DNA of 64,000 bases, from NCBI GenBank assembly GCA_963691875.1, contig OY829846.1:800001-864000 (forward strand), written 5' to 3'. This stretch comes from Aureliella sp. (GTDB lineage: Bacteria > Planctomycetota > Planctomycetia > Pirellulales > Pirellulaceae). Below the pieces are notes generated by a model. The model ran no database searches. It had not been told where the DNA came from and worked only from the letters and a program-made list of their open reading frames with translations. The position numbers and the translations under genes are program-made. Below, one piece after another: positions 1 to 10,356 of this stretch. Position 1 is the stretch's first letter; each line of letters begins with the position of its first letter.

Positions 1-332
1 CAATATCGCCTACCAATCTGCCGGACTTTGTACCTCTTCCGAAACATACTGGAATCTTACAACCAACTGTTTCTGCAACGTCAAAGAGCAGTGCCCTGGT
101 GATCGCTTGCTGATCGGGAGGACTCACACGCTTGAGCGTCGTGCTGATATTTCCGCAACCTGCCCTTTCTAGCAGGATTCGTTTTTTCGAAATATTGCTC
201 GTAGACTGCCGGTCGCTTCGATCTATCTCGTTCGGCTAATCTCCGACCAGAGCCACCACCTACGCACTCGTGGATGCATCGCGACGACATTTTCATGCGC
301 GACTGCGGAGTTCAGACACGGTTCACTCTGAA

Positions 333-993
333 ATGAAGCCTTCTCGGCAGTCGCGTTTCCGATGGCTGCGAGGCGTTTCTAAGTCTCGCTTTGTCCTGTT
401 TCTCGAATATTGGAAAAACGTTCTGTGTGGTCTAGTTCCGGTCAATCGAGACTTCACGCCAGCGGAAGACGGTATCGAGATCTTTGTTATTTAGTCTGGA
501 GTCCGAGCGGTAATCGTTCTTCCAGTCTCAACATCAACCGTCAATTGTCACAACAAGTTGGGAGCCTTCTTCTATCGCCGCGACATTCCGAGTGCATCGC
601 GTGTCCTGATAGGATGGGGCGACAGAGGCTTCTTCCTCGAAACGGAATCTGGTACGACCTGAAGCTATCGACTGCAGCCAGCGCACTACGTTGGCACTCT
701 ATCAGCTGTATCCTCGTGACTTTTACAGATCCGCGGTATTATTCCGATGCAACTTCCGTCAAGATTTACAAGGAACAGTACGAGCAATTGGTAGCGTTCA
801 TCGAGCAAGCATTTACGCAGAATGATGAATCATTGCAGAGACCAATCGAAGGCTATGCACACACGAAGACTGGCGCTTTTTTCAAGCGAAAGGAAACTAC
901 CACTCGCTAAATACTTGCGAGACTTGGGTCGGCCGAGCACTACGATCGGCAGGAATGGAAGTGCTTTGGTTCGCGCTTTTGCCCAGCACATAA
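333..993 (+). pseudogene. Decayed TIGR02117/DUF2459-like protein (one in-frame stop, two frameshifts)
   Basis: Manual translation across three frames gives ...GLVPVNRDFTPAEDGIEIFVI*(TAG 492-494)SGVRAVIVLPV...IGWGDRGFFLET / WYDLKLSTAASALRW...EQYEQLVAFI...GYAHTKTGAFF / QAKGNYHSLNTCETWVGRALRSAG. The GWGD, WxDL and YxxxNTCxxW blocks match my recollection of this family. Confidence 0.7.
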
Positions 994-1032
994 ACTCTGC
1001 ACTTTCCATTTGTAAATGAGCGACAGAGCCTA

Positions 1033-2397
1033 CTAAGCAATAATATCTTGCATAACGTTACCGTAGACATCGGTCAATCGGAAGTCACGACCTGCGTAGC
1101 GATATGTGAGCTGTTCGTGATCCAATCCGAGCAAGTGCAGGATAGTTGCGTGCCAATCGTGGATGTGACACTTGTTCTCGACCGCTTCATAGCCGTGCTC
1201 ATCCGTAGCGCCGTAGCTGAAACCGCCTTTAACGCCGCCGCCGGCCATCCACGTCGTGTAACCTTTGTTGTTGTGGTTACGTCCATCAGATCCCTGAGCC
1301 GCAGGTGTTCGCCCAAATTCACCACCCCAGATCACCAAAGTTTCTTTCAGCATATCTCGGTCCTTCAAGTCCTGAAGTAAACCGGCGATGGGCTTATCAC
1401 AAGCCGTTGCGCGAGTTCGGTGATCCGCCGTCAAGTTTGTGTGCTGGTCCCAGCCACCATGCGTGATCTCAATGAAGCGGACTCCAGCTTCGGCGAAGCG
1501 GCGCGCCAGCAAGCATTGCTTGCCGAAGTTCTCGGTTTCGCCTCCATCTGCGCCATACATCGAAAGTGTCGCCGCGCTCTCACCAGAGATATCCATGACA
1601 TCCGGCATCGCTGATTGCATCCGGAACGCAAGCTCGTAAGATTCGATAATGCCTTCTACCGCAGGCTGAAACTCATCGCGACGCAGTTTTTCTTGATTTA
1701 GCTTCTGGATAAAGTCCAATTGCTGCCTCTGTTTGCGCGAAGACATTTTTGCTTTGATGTCAGGAATACTCTCCCCGATACCGGCACTTACAAACCGATT
1801 AGCGCGTCCACCACGCCCAACTTTGGTTCCACCGTAGATAGCCGGAAGGAAAGCACTGCCGAAATTGTTCGAAGCGCCAGATGGAGCACTAAGCGAAACA
1901 AACCCTGGCAAGCTGTCATTCTCGGTCCCAAGCCCATAAAGAGTCCAAGCGCCCAGCGATGGACGGATGAACTGCACGTTGCCTGTGTGCATTTGCGTCA
2001 AAGCGCCAGGATGAACCGGTTGGTCGCACTGCATGGAGCGGATCAACGTCATATCGTCCGCATGCTTGGCGACCGCCGAAAAGAGATCTGAGATCCACAA
2101 TCCGCTCTCGCCGTGCTGCTGAAACTCGAAGGGAGACTTCAGCAACCGGCCTCCATACTTGCCACTCTTTCCATGATCTTGGATAAGCTGCGGCTTGTAA
2201 TCGAAAGTATCAACGTGAGATGGCCCGCCAGTCATGCACAGAAAAATAACTCGTTTCGCTTTTGGCTCGAAATGCGGTGACTTCGGCGAAAGTGGATTCT
2301 TCTTCTCTGCTGTTTCTTGCGAAGCAGCCAGTCCCGTAAACGCGAGGTATCCAAAGCCAGCCGAGATGTTTTGCAGGAGTTCTCTTCGTGAAATCAT
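1033..2397 (-). CDS. DUF1501 domain protein (planctomycete sulfatase-like, Tat-type N-terminus)
   Basis: 454 aa. SRRELL twin-Arg leader; motifs AKRVIFLCMTGGPSHVDTFDYKP, GGWDQH, WGGEFGRTP, GRDFRLTDV. Confidence 0.92.
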   Translation of the reverse strand: MISRRELLQNISAGFGYLAFTGLAASQETAEKKNPLSPKSPHFEPKAKRVIFLCMTGGPSHVDTFDYKPQLIQDHGKSGKYGGRLLKSPFEFQQHGESGLWISDLFSAVAKHADDMTLIRSMQCDQPVHPGALTQMHTGNVQFIRPSLGAWTLYGLGTENDSLPGFVSLSAPSGASNNFGSAFLPAIYGGTKVGRGGRANRFVSAGIGESIPDIKAKMSSRKQRQQLDFIQKLNQEKLRRDEFQPAVEGIIESYELAFRMQSAMPDVMDISGESAATLSMYGADGGETENFGKQCLLARRFAEAGVRFIEITHGGWDQHTNLTADHRTRATACDKPIAGLLQDLKDRDMLKETLVIWGGEFGRTPAAQGSDGRNHNNKGYTTWMAGGGVKGGFSYGATDEHGYEAVENKCHIHDWHATILHLLGLDHEQLTYRYAGRDFRLTDVYGNVMQDIIA

Positions 2398-2547
2398 TTT
2401 CTAGTTCCTGGTGTCAGGTGTTCCTCGGACTCGCAACTTGGAAAAAACTGCCTTCTTGCAATCTCGACAAAGATGTAATCAACCGATGAAGATCAAATGA
2501 GCGTCGAGACTTCAACCTTGAATCAGCTAGCTCGCCCCCGTCGCCGG

Positions 2548-5238
2548 CTAATCAATGAATCGAAACTCGGCGGAAGCAAATAGACTTTGACACAGTGCTG
2601 CGAGTGCTGGCGGAGCTTTCTGGTCTATACCGTAGACGTAGCTGCGCATGAAGCCTATCGCCGCTTCGCGCTCGCGACTCGTTGGGCTCCGCCCATAAGC
2701 GAACTCAAACGCCAGTTGAATCTGTTCCGCTGGCTTAGCGGTCAGAGCAGCAATGCGTTTCGCGAATTGAATGCTCTGATCGATTACAAAGGGATTATTG
2801 AGCATGTAAAGCGCTTGATTCGAGGTGTTCGATTCTTCTCGAGTGCCAATGATGCTATTTGCGTCTGCGAAGTCAAAGACCTCTAGGGATCTCGGCACCT
2901 CGTCTCGTACGATTGGAAGGTAGACGCTTCGCATAGTCGATTCTTCCATGTCGAGCTGGTTGGTAACCTTGCGCACAGCATCTGCGATAATGCTTTGTCG
3001 ATCTTCCGTCGAACCAAAGTTTCCAAGGCCAGCTCCAAAGCGGCCACGATTCCCAGCTCGCATGTTGCCGGCACCAAACCGGCCAACACCGCGACCTGCC
3101 CCCGCACGGGCTCGCATTTGACTCGCAATGCTCTCTATTGTCTTACGTCCAATCTCGCGAGCGTCTCCGAGTACTCCTTCTCGAACTCTTGTGTAACCAG
3201 CTTTCGCAACCTCACTGCCCCGAGGTCGTTCGAGGTCAATCGAACCGCTGACACTCAGCATTGCATCACGCAGGGCTTCTGCATCCAAACGACGTGGATT
3301 GGCCCGCCACAACATACTGTTCTCGGGATCATGTTCATGAAAGTTCTCGTCAAACGTGCTTTTCATTCGATACGCACGCGAAGTAGCGATCCGTCGGATC
3401 ATAGTTTTGATCGACCAACCCGATTCCACAAACTGAACCGCCAACTCATCGAGCAACTTTGGATGCGATGGCGCCGAACCAGTTACGCCAAAGTTCTCGG
3501 TCGAAGTCACCAAGCCCTTACCGAACAGCTCTTGCCAGATGCGGTTCACCATGACTCGTGCGGTCAGGGTGTTTCGATCGCTGCCAAGCCATCTTGCTAA
3601 CTCGAGTCGTCCACTCTCGCCAACAGCAATATCAATCTCGGAAGTCAACAAGACTTCTGGTAAGCCACGCTCGACCCTTGGTCCCAACTGATCGATTTCG
3701 CCTCGCACAAGAATCCGAGCATCACGAGGAGCTCCTTTTTCCTGCACTCCCATGCAGTAAGAACGTGGATTTCCATTCTCGTCTACAACGGCGACTTTGT
3801 CTGAAAGGGCTGATAGCTCATTCGCCAATCGAATTCGATTTCTTTGAGCACTCGCGTTACTCGCCCCACCTGCATTCCGATTGCGTCGCGCATCAGCTGC
3901 TTCACGTTGCAAATCGTCGAACTGCCCCACGATCGCTGCTAGCTCGGTTGAACTGTATCGCCTGTCATACGGATTTGGGTCGTCAATGGGAAGCAAAATC
4001 AAACTGCTGTTCTGTTTCCGCTGTGGAATCTGAAAACGGCCGTACTGCGATGGTGGGTTACCAAAGTAGGTCGTCATATTGCCGAAGACACCAGCGAGTG
4101 CATAGTAGTCCGACTGACGAAATGCGTCGAATTTGTGGTCGTGGCACCTTGCGCAAGCCACACTCATTCCGAGGAAGACTCGCGACGTTGCATCAATTTG
4201 CTCATCCACCAAGTCCATCGCAAACTGAACGCGATTCGCTTCATTCACGTTCTTTGGGCCAACTGCCAGAAAAGTAGTGGCAACCAGGTTCTCAGCCCAT
4301 TTCTCATCAGATTCCACTGGCAGTAGGTCACCTGCTATCTGCTCTTGCACGAATTCGTTGAACGGCTTGTCGCTGTTAAAGGAATCGATGACATAGTCAC
4401 GATATCGCCAAGCGTGAGGGTAAGTCATGTTGACTTCGCGTCCGGTTGACTCAGCGTATCTCGCCACATCCAACCAGTGCCTTCCCCAACGTTCGCCGAA
4501 TTGTGGCTTGTCAAGTAAGCGATCCACGACGAACGTGACTGCTTTATCAGGATTGCGATTCCAGAGTTTATTAAAGAACTCGATCTGATCTTTGGAGGGT
4601 GGCAAACCCGTCAGGTCGAAGCACAGCCTTCGGAGTACTTGGAAAGGCTCCGCATCCTCAGTTGGCTTCATATTTGACTCTTCTAACCTGGCAAGTAAGA
4701 AATAGTCGATGTCGTTTCGAGGCCATTCTAGGTTTACAACTACAGGCGCAGTGTGATGCTCCGGCCTTTGGTATGCCCAGAAGTTCTGTTTGGCATGCTC
4801 AATATCTTCGTCCGTCACCGTTGACTGAATCTCAGCGACTTCCGTTCTGCGTGGATCTGGAGCTCCCATTTCGATCCAGTCGCGAAAATCCTTAATCACT
4901 GATTGAGGAAGTTTACGTTTGGGAGGCATCTCCCAATCTTCGTGATTCATCGCATTGAAGAGTAGACTCTCTTCAACGTCACCTGGCACGATAGCTGGAC
5001 CGCTGCTCCCACCGATGTGCATCAAGGCTTCGGTGTCGAGTCGCAATCCGCCACGCGCGTTTCCAGATTTGCTACTGTGGCAGCCAAAGCACTCTTTGAC
5101 GAGAACAGGACGAATCTTGGATTCAAAAAACTGCAGCTGCTCGGGCGTGAGCTCTTCATCAGCTCGCAGCTGCAAGTTGGGTAGAAATCCGCCAAAAAAC
5201 AAAAGAACGATCGGTAAAAGATTTGTCTTTCGCATCAT
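2548..5238 (-). CDS. PSD1/planctomycete cytochrome c protein (PSCyt1 + DUF1549 + DUF1553)
   Basis: FFESKIRPVLVKECFGCH heme motif, GERWGRHWLDVARYAE, CARCHDHKFD, ARVMVNRIWQ, RRLDAEALRDAML. Start set at MMRKTNLL (5238) ahead of a signal peptide; the ORF extends to 5373. Confidence 0.92.
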   Translation of the reverse strand: MMRKTNLLPIVLLFFGGFLPNLQLRADEELTPEQLQFFESKIRPVLVKECFGCHSSKSGNARGGLRLDTEALMHIGGSSGPAIVPGDVEESLLFNAMNHEDWEMPPKRKLPQSVIKDFRDWIEMGAPDPRRTEVAEIQSTVTDEDIEHAKQNFWAYQRPEHHTAPVVVNLEWPRNDIDYFLLARLEESNMKPTEDAEPFQVLRRLCFDLTGLPPSKDQIEFFNKLWNRNPDKAVTFVVDRLLDKPQFGERWGRHWLDVARYAESTGREVNMTYPHAWRYRDYVIDSFNSDKPFNEFVQEQIAGDLLPVESDEKWAENLVATTFLAVGPKNVNEANRVQFAMDLVDEQIDATSRVFLGMSVACARCHDHKFDAFRQSDYYALAGVFGNMTTYFGNPPSQYGRFQIPQRKQNSSLILLPIDDPNPYDRRYSSTELAAIVGQFDDLQREAADARRNRNAGGASNASAQRNRIRLANELSALSDKVAVVDENGNPRSYCMGVQEKGAPRDARILVRGEIDQLGPRVERGLPEVLLTSEIDIAVGESGRLELARWLGSDRNTLTARVMVNRIWQELFGKGLVTSTENFGVTGSAPSHPKLLDELAVQFVESGWSIKTMIRRIATSRAYRMKSTFDENFHEHDPENSMLWRANPRRLDAEALRDAMLSVSGSIDLERPRGSEVAKAGYTRVREGVLGDAREIGRKTIESIASQMRARAGAGRGVGRFGAGNMRAGNRGRFGAGLGNFGSTEDRQSIIADAVRKVTNQLDMEESTMRSVYLPIVRDEVPRSLEVFDFADANSIIGTREESNTSNQALYMLNNPFVIDQSIQFAKRIAALTAKPAEQIQLAFEFAYGRSPTSREREAAIGFMRSYVYGIDQKAPPALAALCQSLFASAEFRFID

Positions 5239-5612
5239 GTCACTTTTTCCCGCGAGAATCTCGGTAATCCATTTTTCGGCAGTAGTTTGCTCAGATATTA
5301 AACCTAGCTCGTTTGTATTGAAATCGCGTCTTCCCCGCCGCCTTCCCGCTTGCGGGACGGTCAGATTGGGCACATGCGATTCGCGGTTCTGCGGCCAAGG
5401 GGGCTGGATCGCCCCTGCTCCTCTGGCCGACCCACGAAGCGAGGCTGGTCGTCGCGAATCTCCAAGGGAGAGTCATTTCCGTTTATCAGACGGATTAAGA
5501 AAGTAGTGGGCAAGCTGACGGGCCCATTCCCTTTTCGCGCTAACGATAGGACGTCGTCGCTCGCCCACTACTCTCTTATATTCCGTGAAATCGGAGTTTT
5601 CGGGACTCAGTC

Positions 5613-6101
5613 TTATGCCTTTGGACGCAGTGGCTTTTCACCGCCTGCTGCAGGGTCGTTGTTTCCGCCACGACGCCCCTTCCCAGCTTTGCCAGAAATC
5701 CCTTGCCCCAGTTGTCCGGCCCCTGGACGACTTTGGCCTAGACCGCCACGACGCATACCTGGCTGGCTACCATTTTCACCGCCACGGCCACCCATGCGGC
5801 TACGCATTTTCTCAAGCAAAGCTGTCAGTTCCCGCACGTTTAGCTTATTATCTCCGTCCTTGTCCATCTCTTGCATCATGCGTGCCGACACTTGGGCCGC
5901 ATCCATCTGACCTCGACCACCTAACCGCTGCCCACCCGGCCCTGGGCCACCAGGCTTAACGCCTCGTTTCTGCCCGGCCTGAACTTGCCCAGCTTGCTTC
6001 TGTCCTGCTTTTCCGCTCTTTCCGTCCTGCCCATCGCCAGCTGTGGCAAGGATTGGCAACATCATGGTAGTCACAAGACTAAGGAATACTATCAACTTCA
6101 T
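5613..6101 (-). CDS. Secreted Gly-rich EF-hand protein
   Basis: Signal peptide, one EF-hand (DKDGDNKLNVRE) and Gly/Gln/Arg-rich flanks; divergent from the ECF sigma gene. Confidence 0.75.
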   Translation of the reverse strand: MKLIVFLSLVTTMMLPILATAGDGQDGKSGKAGQKQAGQVQAGQKRGVKPGGPGPGGQRLGGRGQMDAAQVSARMMQEMDKDGDNKLNVRELTALLEKMRSRMGGRGGENGSQPGMRRGGLGQSRPGAGQLGQGISGKAGKGRRGGNNDPAAGGEKPLRPKA

Positions 6102-6301
6102 GCTTTTCTCCGTCCGAGTGTTGGTTCTTGAATTTTGCTAATGAACCAAGCTGTATTGGAGCTTAGCCCTACCGCTACTATCAAATACGGGGACTCAGCT
6201 CGAATGGAGACAACGTGGCCAGCAAAAGAGAGAAAACTTTTCCCGCATCCTTGCCGGCATTCCCTGGTTTAATAACTTACGAGACCGTGGGATAGGGAGA
6301 G

Positions 6302-7000
6302 TTGAGAGTGCCAATCGAACTCGACCAAGATCGAACTTTAAGAAAGCTGCAATTGAGCGACATAGAAGAGACGCAAGAATCTGAAGATGAGCAACAGTTT
6401 GGCAGCGCCATGCGGGCGGGCGATGCGGCTGCTCTCGGAGAAGCGTTTGAACGGTACCGCGATCGCTTGCGGCGTATCGTTCGATTTCGTCTCGACTATC
6501 GACTCGCTGGTAGAATCAGCGAGTCCGACGTGCTGCAGGAAGTTTATATTGCCGCCGCAAAACGCTTGGACTATTTCGGGCAAAAAGACATGAGTCCCTT
6601 TCTGTGGCTTCGTTTGATGGTGGGGCAGCAGTTGATTGACCTGCATCGGCAGCATCTGAAAGCTCGAAAGCGTGATGCAAGACGCGAAATTTCCTTGGAC
6701 GCCGGGGCTCCATCTCTGCACACCTCAGTTGCTATTGCCGCTCAACTTGTTGGACAACGCACTGCAGTAAGCGAAATCCTGGATCGCCAAGAGCAAATCG
6801 ATAAACTGGAGGTCACTCTTAATAGAATGGACGATATCGACCGTGAAGTAATCGCGTTGCGACACTTTGAAGAACTCTCCAATGTCGAAGCGGCAAGCGT
6901 TCTGGGAATCGCACCTGCCGCCTCAAGCAAACGCTACGTGCGCGCGATGGCGAGACTCGGGAGGTTGATGGCCGACTGGCAAAAAGAAGGCCGGGAGTAG
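6302..7000 (+). CDS. ECF RNA polymerase sigma-70 factor (planctomycete, kinase-associated type)
   Basis: Region 2 YRDRLRRIVRFRLDYRLAGRISESDVLQE; region 4 DREVIALRHFEELSNVEAASVLGI...KRYVRA. Start codon uncertain. Confidence 0.92.
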   Translation: MRVPIELDQDRTLRKLQLSDIEETQESEDEQQFGSAMRAGDAAALGEAFERYRDRLRRIVRFRLDYRLAGRISESDVLQEVYIAAAKRLDYFGQKDMSPFLWLRLMVGQQLIDLHRQHLKARKRDARREISLDAGAPSLHTSVAIAAQLVGQRTAVSEILDRQEQIDKLEVTLNRMDDIDREVIALRHFEELSNVEAASVLGIAPAASSKRYVRAMARLGRLMADWQKEGRE

Positions 7001-7003
7001 ATC

Positions 7004-9874
7004 ATGAGACCTGGAGATGCGGCGATGCACAACCAGATGGACGCACTGGCGGAAGAGTACGCTAAGCTCTTACGACAGCAGAAGAAGCCGGACATCGAGA
7101 CGTACCTGGCTCGATTTGAGGGTAACAAGGAGGAGCTTCGCGAGTTACTAGAGTCTATTGCCACGATCGAAGGACTGAAACGAGGACCGGAATTGCAAGA
7201 TCATTCTGCGACATCCGAGTCAGAGCTACAGGTCTTGCAGCAGATCGATGACTACAAAATCATTCGAGAGATTGGACGGGGCGGTATGGGAATCGTCTAC
7301 GAGGCGATTCATCAATCTTTAGACCGCCGCGTTGCCCTAAAGGTACTTTCGAGTAGTTTACTTGGCGAACCGAAGCACATCGCACGTTTTCGCCGTGAAG
7401 CACGAGCGGCGGCCCGACTCAGACACTCCAACATTGTTCCTATTTTCGGCGTCGGGTTAAGTGAGCAGTACCATTACTACGTGATGGATCTAATCGAAGG
7501 ACAGAGTCTGCGTTCCCACATGCAGCACTCCTTGGCCCACATTAGCCAAGAACCGCAGACGATGGCGAGTTCTGATGCTGCATCAAATGACGATTTCAGC
7601 TTGGTCGACGAGAGACTGACTGAGATTCAGCATACTTCGCAGCTCTCGAAAGCCGCATCGACATTGAAATCCCAACGATCCAGCAGAATGCCGGCAGCGA
7701 GTCATTCGGGAGACAAACATGCGGAAACAAAGTCTATTCCAACGCCGGTGAACTGCACCGAGGAGTTCTTTCAATGGGTTGCCAAGCTGGGAGCAGACGT
7801 CGCGGAAGCTCTGCACTACGCGCACCAACAAGGTGTTCTGCACCGTGACATCAAGCCTGCAAACTTATTGTTGGATCGCAATGGCGAGGTTTGGATTGCT
7901 GACTTCGGGCTAGCAAAACTCGCTGAACACGGGGAATTCACGAAGACGGGCGAGTTGCTGGGCACTCCTCAGTATTTGCCTCCCGAGACCTTTCTAGGAA
8001 ATTACGATCCTCGAAGTGAGCAATATGCCGTCGCCCTGACGCTATACGAGCTTGTCGCTTTCAGGCCGGCAGTGCAAGGCAAGAACTCTGCCGAGACGCT
8101 GAGACTCGCTAGCCAAGGTGTATCAACCAGTCCGAGCACTCACAATCGGCAGATTCCACGCGACTTGGAAACGGTGATCATGAAGTCGCTCGCTCAAGAT
8201 CCGGAGCACCGCTATGCTTCCGTCGCAGAGATGGCCTATGATCTTAGGCGTTTCGTCTCTGCACATCCCATCTCCGCACGTCGAGTTGGCTTGGCGGAGC
8301 GCACGCTGCGTTGGACGCGCCGTGAGCCAGTCCTTGCATCGTTTGCAAGCGCGGTTGTTGTGCTGCTCATGCTGTTGGCGGGTGTTTCCGCGTTTGGATA
8401 TTGGACGACAAGCACCGCCCTAAAAAACGAGCGAAAAGCCTCTAGAGAAGCAAGGAATTCAACTGCGGCTGCGAACACTGCGCTCTCGCAAAAGTCTGAG
8501 GCCCTTCAAGCGGCAGAAGCTCAAAGGGTTCGGGCTGAGAAGAACCTCCAGACGGCCCGTCGAGCTTTTCAGCAAATCATGCAGAACGTGGTGGACCGCG
8601 GTGCCGAGCTCGATGCGGAAATTCTAGGCGAAGCTAGCGATACCACCGCCGCCAGTGTTTCGCCCAAGGATGCGGAACTGTTGCGAACCTTACTTGGCTT
8701 CTTTGACGAGCTGGCGGAGAACAATAGTAGCGAACTCATCTTTGAATCGGCACAAGCAGCACACCTGGCAGGCGACATCTACGTGAGCCTTGGACAACTG
8801 AGTCGCTCGCGTGAGAGCTATACTAGCGCGCAGACGCGTTATCGTGAACTTTGCAAGAACCATCCCGACGACGTCGACTATCTTGCGGCGTTCGCGGACT
8901 TGCTCAATGACTTGCTTTCGGTGAACAGCTTGACTGGGCAGCTCGGTCGGTCGATGCAGCCTTTTCAGGACGCCGTGCAATTCTTAGAGTCACATTCTGC
9001 GGCGATGAGGCATCCCGACACTCGCTTTCAGCTGTCCCGTGCCTATCGATTGCGAGCATCCTTCGGAGTCAGGATGAATTGGGGGCCGATGTTGGGCGCG
9101 AATTTTGGAGCCAACTTCGGCGCTAGCCTCGGAGGAGCTGGAGTCACCCCGATGAAAGCTCGTAAGCGGCACGAAGAAGACCGTCGCCTCGTCCTCCACT
9201 CACTAGATATGCTCGACGCTTTGGTCGAAGATAATGACGCCAACCTCGGGAAATATCAGCTTGAGTTGGCACGTGGCTACCGAACGTTGGCAGAAGTTCA
9301 ACAACGTTCGGCTAATCCTCGAGCATCCGAAGATGCCCTTGCCGAATCACTCCGGATCTTCCAACTACTTCTTGATGAAAATCCGAGATCAGCGGGGCTA
9401 CGCTATGAACTCGCTACTACACTTACAATCTCACGCCAGCCAATCGCACTTCAGGAGGAGCGAGCCGATCAGGCGAGTCGTTTGAGTCGCGAACTCCTAG
9501 AAGAATCACCCGACCTGGCGAGATATGAAGCACTTTTCGCGCAAGTGAGTGAAATGTCAGGAGCCGTCGCACAACGCAAAAAAAACTTCACAAGGGCTGA
9601 AATCAATTACGAGCAAGCCATCCGCTCCTACTCCAAGCTGCTCGCCGATTCTCGTGAGGTAAAGGCATACCAGATCCGTCGCGCACAGACATTGGCCGCT
9701 CTCGCACGTGTCAAAGTAGAAAAGGGAGAATCCGAGGCAGCCGCCGAACTTCTAGATAGAGCCATCCGACGCGTACAACCAAAGTTTGCAGGCCGACGCG
9801 ACCCCTCACCTTTCGAAAAGCGTTTTCTCGAGCGATTGAACACCGAGATCGCCAAGCTCAAGAAGAGCCCCTAA
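7004..9874 (+). CDS. Hanks-type Ser/Thr protein kinase with TM segment and TPR-like C-terminus
   Basis: IGRGGMGIVY, VALK, HRDIKPANLLLD, DFGLAK, GTPQYLPPE; TM after WTRREP; begins 3 nt after the sigma stop. Confidence 0.95.
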   Translation: MRPGDAAMHNQMDALAEEYAKLLRQQKKPDIETYLARFEGNKEELRELLESIATIEGLKRGPELQDHSATSESELQVLQQIDDYKIIREIGRGGMGIVYEAIHQSLDRRVALKVLSSSLLGEPKHIARFRREARAAARLRHSNIVPIFGVGLSEQYHYYVMDLIEGQSLRSHMQHSLAHISQEPQTMASSDAASNDDFSLVDERLTEIQHTSQLSKAASTLKSQRSSRMPAASHSGDKHAETKSIPTPVNCTEEFFQWVAKLGADVAEALHYAHQQGVLHRDIKPANLLLDRNGEVWIADFGLAKLAEHGEFTKTGELLGTPQYLPPETFLGNYDPRSEQYAVALTLYELVAFRPAVQGKNSAETLRLASQGVSTSPSTHNRQIPRDLETVIMKSLAQDPEHRYASVAEMAYDLRRFVSAHPISARRVGLAERTLRWTRREPVLASFASAVVVLLMLLAGVSAFGYWTTSTALKNERKASREARNSTAAANTALSQKSEALQAAEAQRVRAEKNLQTARRAFQQIMQNVVDRGAELDAEILGEASDTTAASVSPKDAELLRTLLGFFDELAENNSSELIFESAQAAHLAGDIYVSLGQLSRSRESYTSAQTRYRELCKNHPDDVDYLAAFADLLNDLLSVNSLTGQLGRSMQPFQDAVQFLESHSAAMRHPDTRFQLSRAYRLRASFGVRMNWGPMLGANFGANFGASLGGAGVTPMKARKRHEEDRRLVLHSLDMLDALVEDNDANLGKYQLELARGYRTLAEVQQRSANPRASEDALAESLRIFQLLLDENPRSAGLRYELATTLTISRQPIALQEERADQASRLSRELLEESPDLARYEALFAQVSEMSGAVAQRKKNFTRAEINYEQAIRSYSKLLADSREVKAYQIRRAQTLAALARVKVEKGESEAAAELLDRAIRRVQPKFAGRRDPSPFEKRFLERLNTEIAKLKKSP

Positions 9875-9914
9875 TAAGATCTTTCAACTCCCGTCGCCGA
9901 GAGAGTTCCCAATT

Positions 9915-9984
9915 GTGAGCCCTAGGCACTAACCTAGGGTCTGAATATCCTCGTCTCTGCCCGAAGCCAATGCGTTCGGCTAGC
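9915..9984. repeat. Degenerate REP-like palindromic doublet
   Basis: GTGAGCCCTAGG-cactaa-CCTAGGG arm plus an inverted degenerate arm; same layout as 40491-40560. Confidence 0.45.
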
Positions 9985-10096
9985 TTCAAAGATTCTTGCC
10001 CTGTGACCGCCAAAACGCTTTCCTACTGCGTTATCCCTTCCGCCCTGCAGATCGATTAAAGAGCGGCTCTTGTCCTGCGCTACCAAAGATAACCAC

Positions 10097-10356
10097 GACG
10101 CGTCAGCGAGTTGCCCAGCGGCGAAAACTTTGCCTGTCCTGCCGAACTAAAGTAGACCTTGTTGAAACGAGCATCCGATATTGCACGAAAATTGACAGAG
10201 CATTTCATGGCTTACACGCTTGGACGCCAGCTGGAAGACTAGGATGAAGTAAGCATTGACCAGCTGATGGAATCGATCGTGCAGGACAACCATCGATTCC
10301 AAACCATCATCACCTGCTACCTATTCACCAACCGCCGAGTTAGAGAATTACCATGA
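10097..10356 (+). pseudogene. 3' remnant of a DUF1592/DUF1588/DUF1585 (PSD) protein
   Basis: Frame 1 reads ELPSGENFACPAELK*TLLKRASDIARKLTEHFMAYTLGRQLED*DEVSIDQLMESIVQDNHRFQTII, with TAG at 10153 and 10240. It contains a YxLGR..D DUF1585-like motif, and its stop overlaps the next ATG (ATGA). Confidence 0.7.

Noticed and set aside
1..330. Short ORFs at the window start
   Set aside because: No recognisable motifs, start signals or consistent frame.
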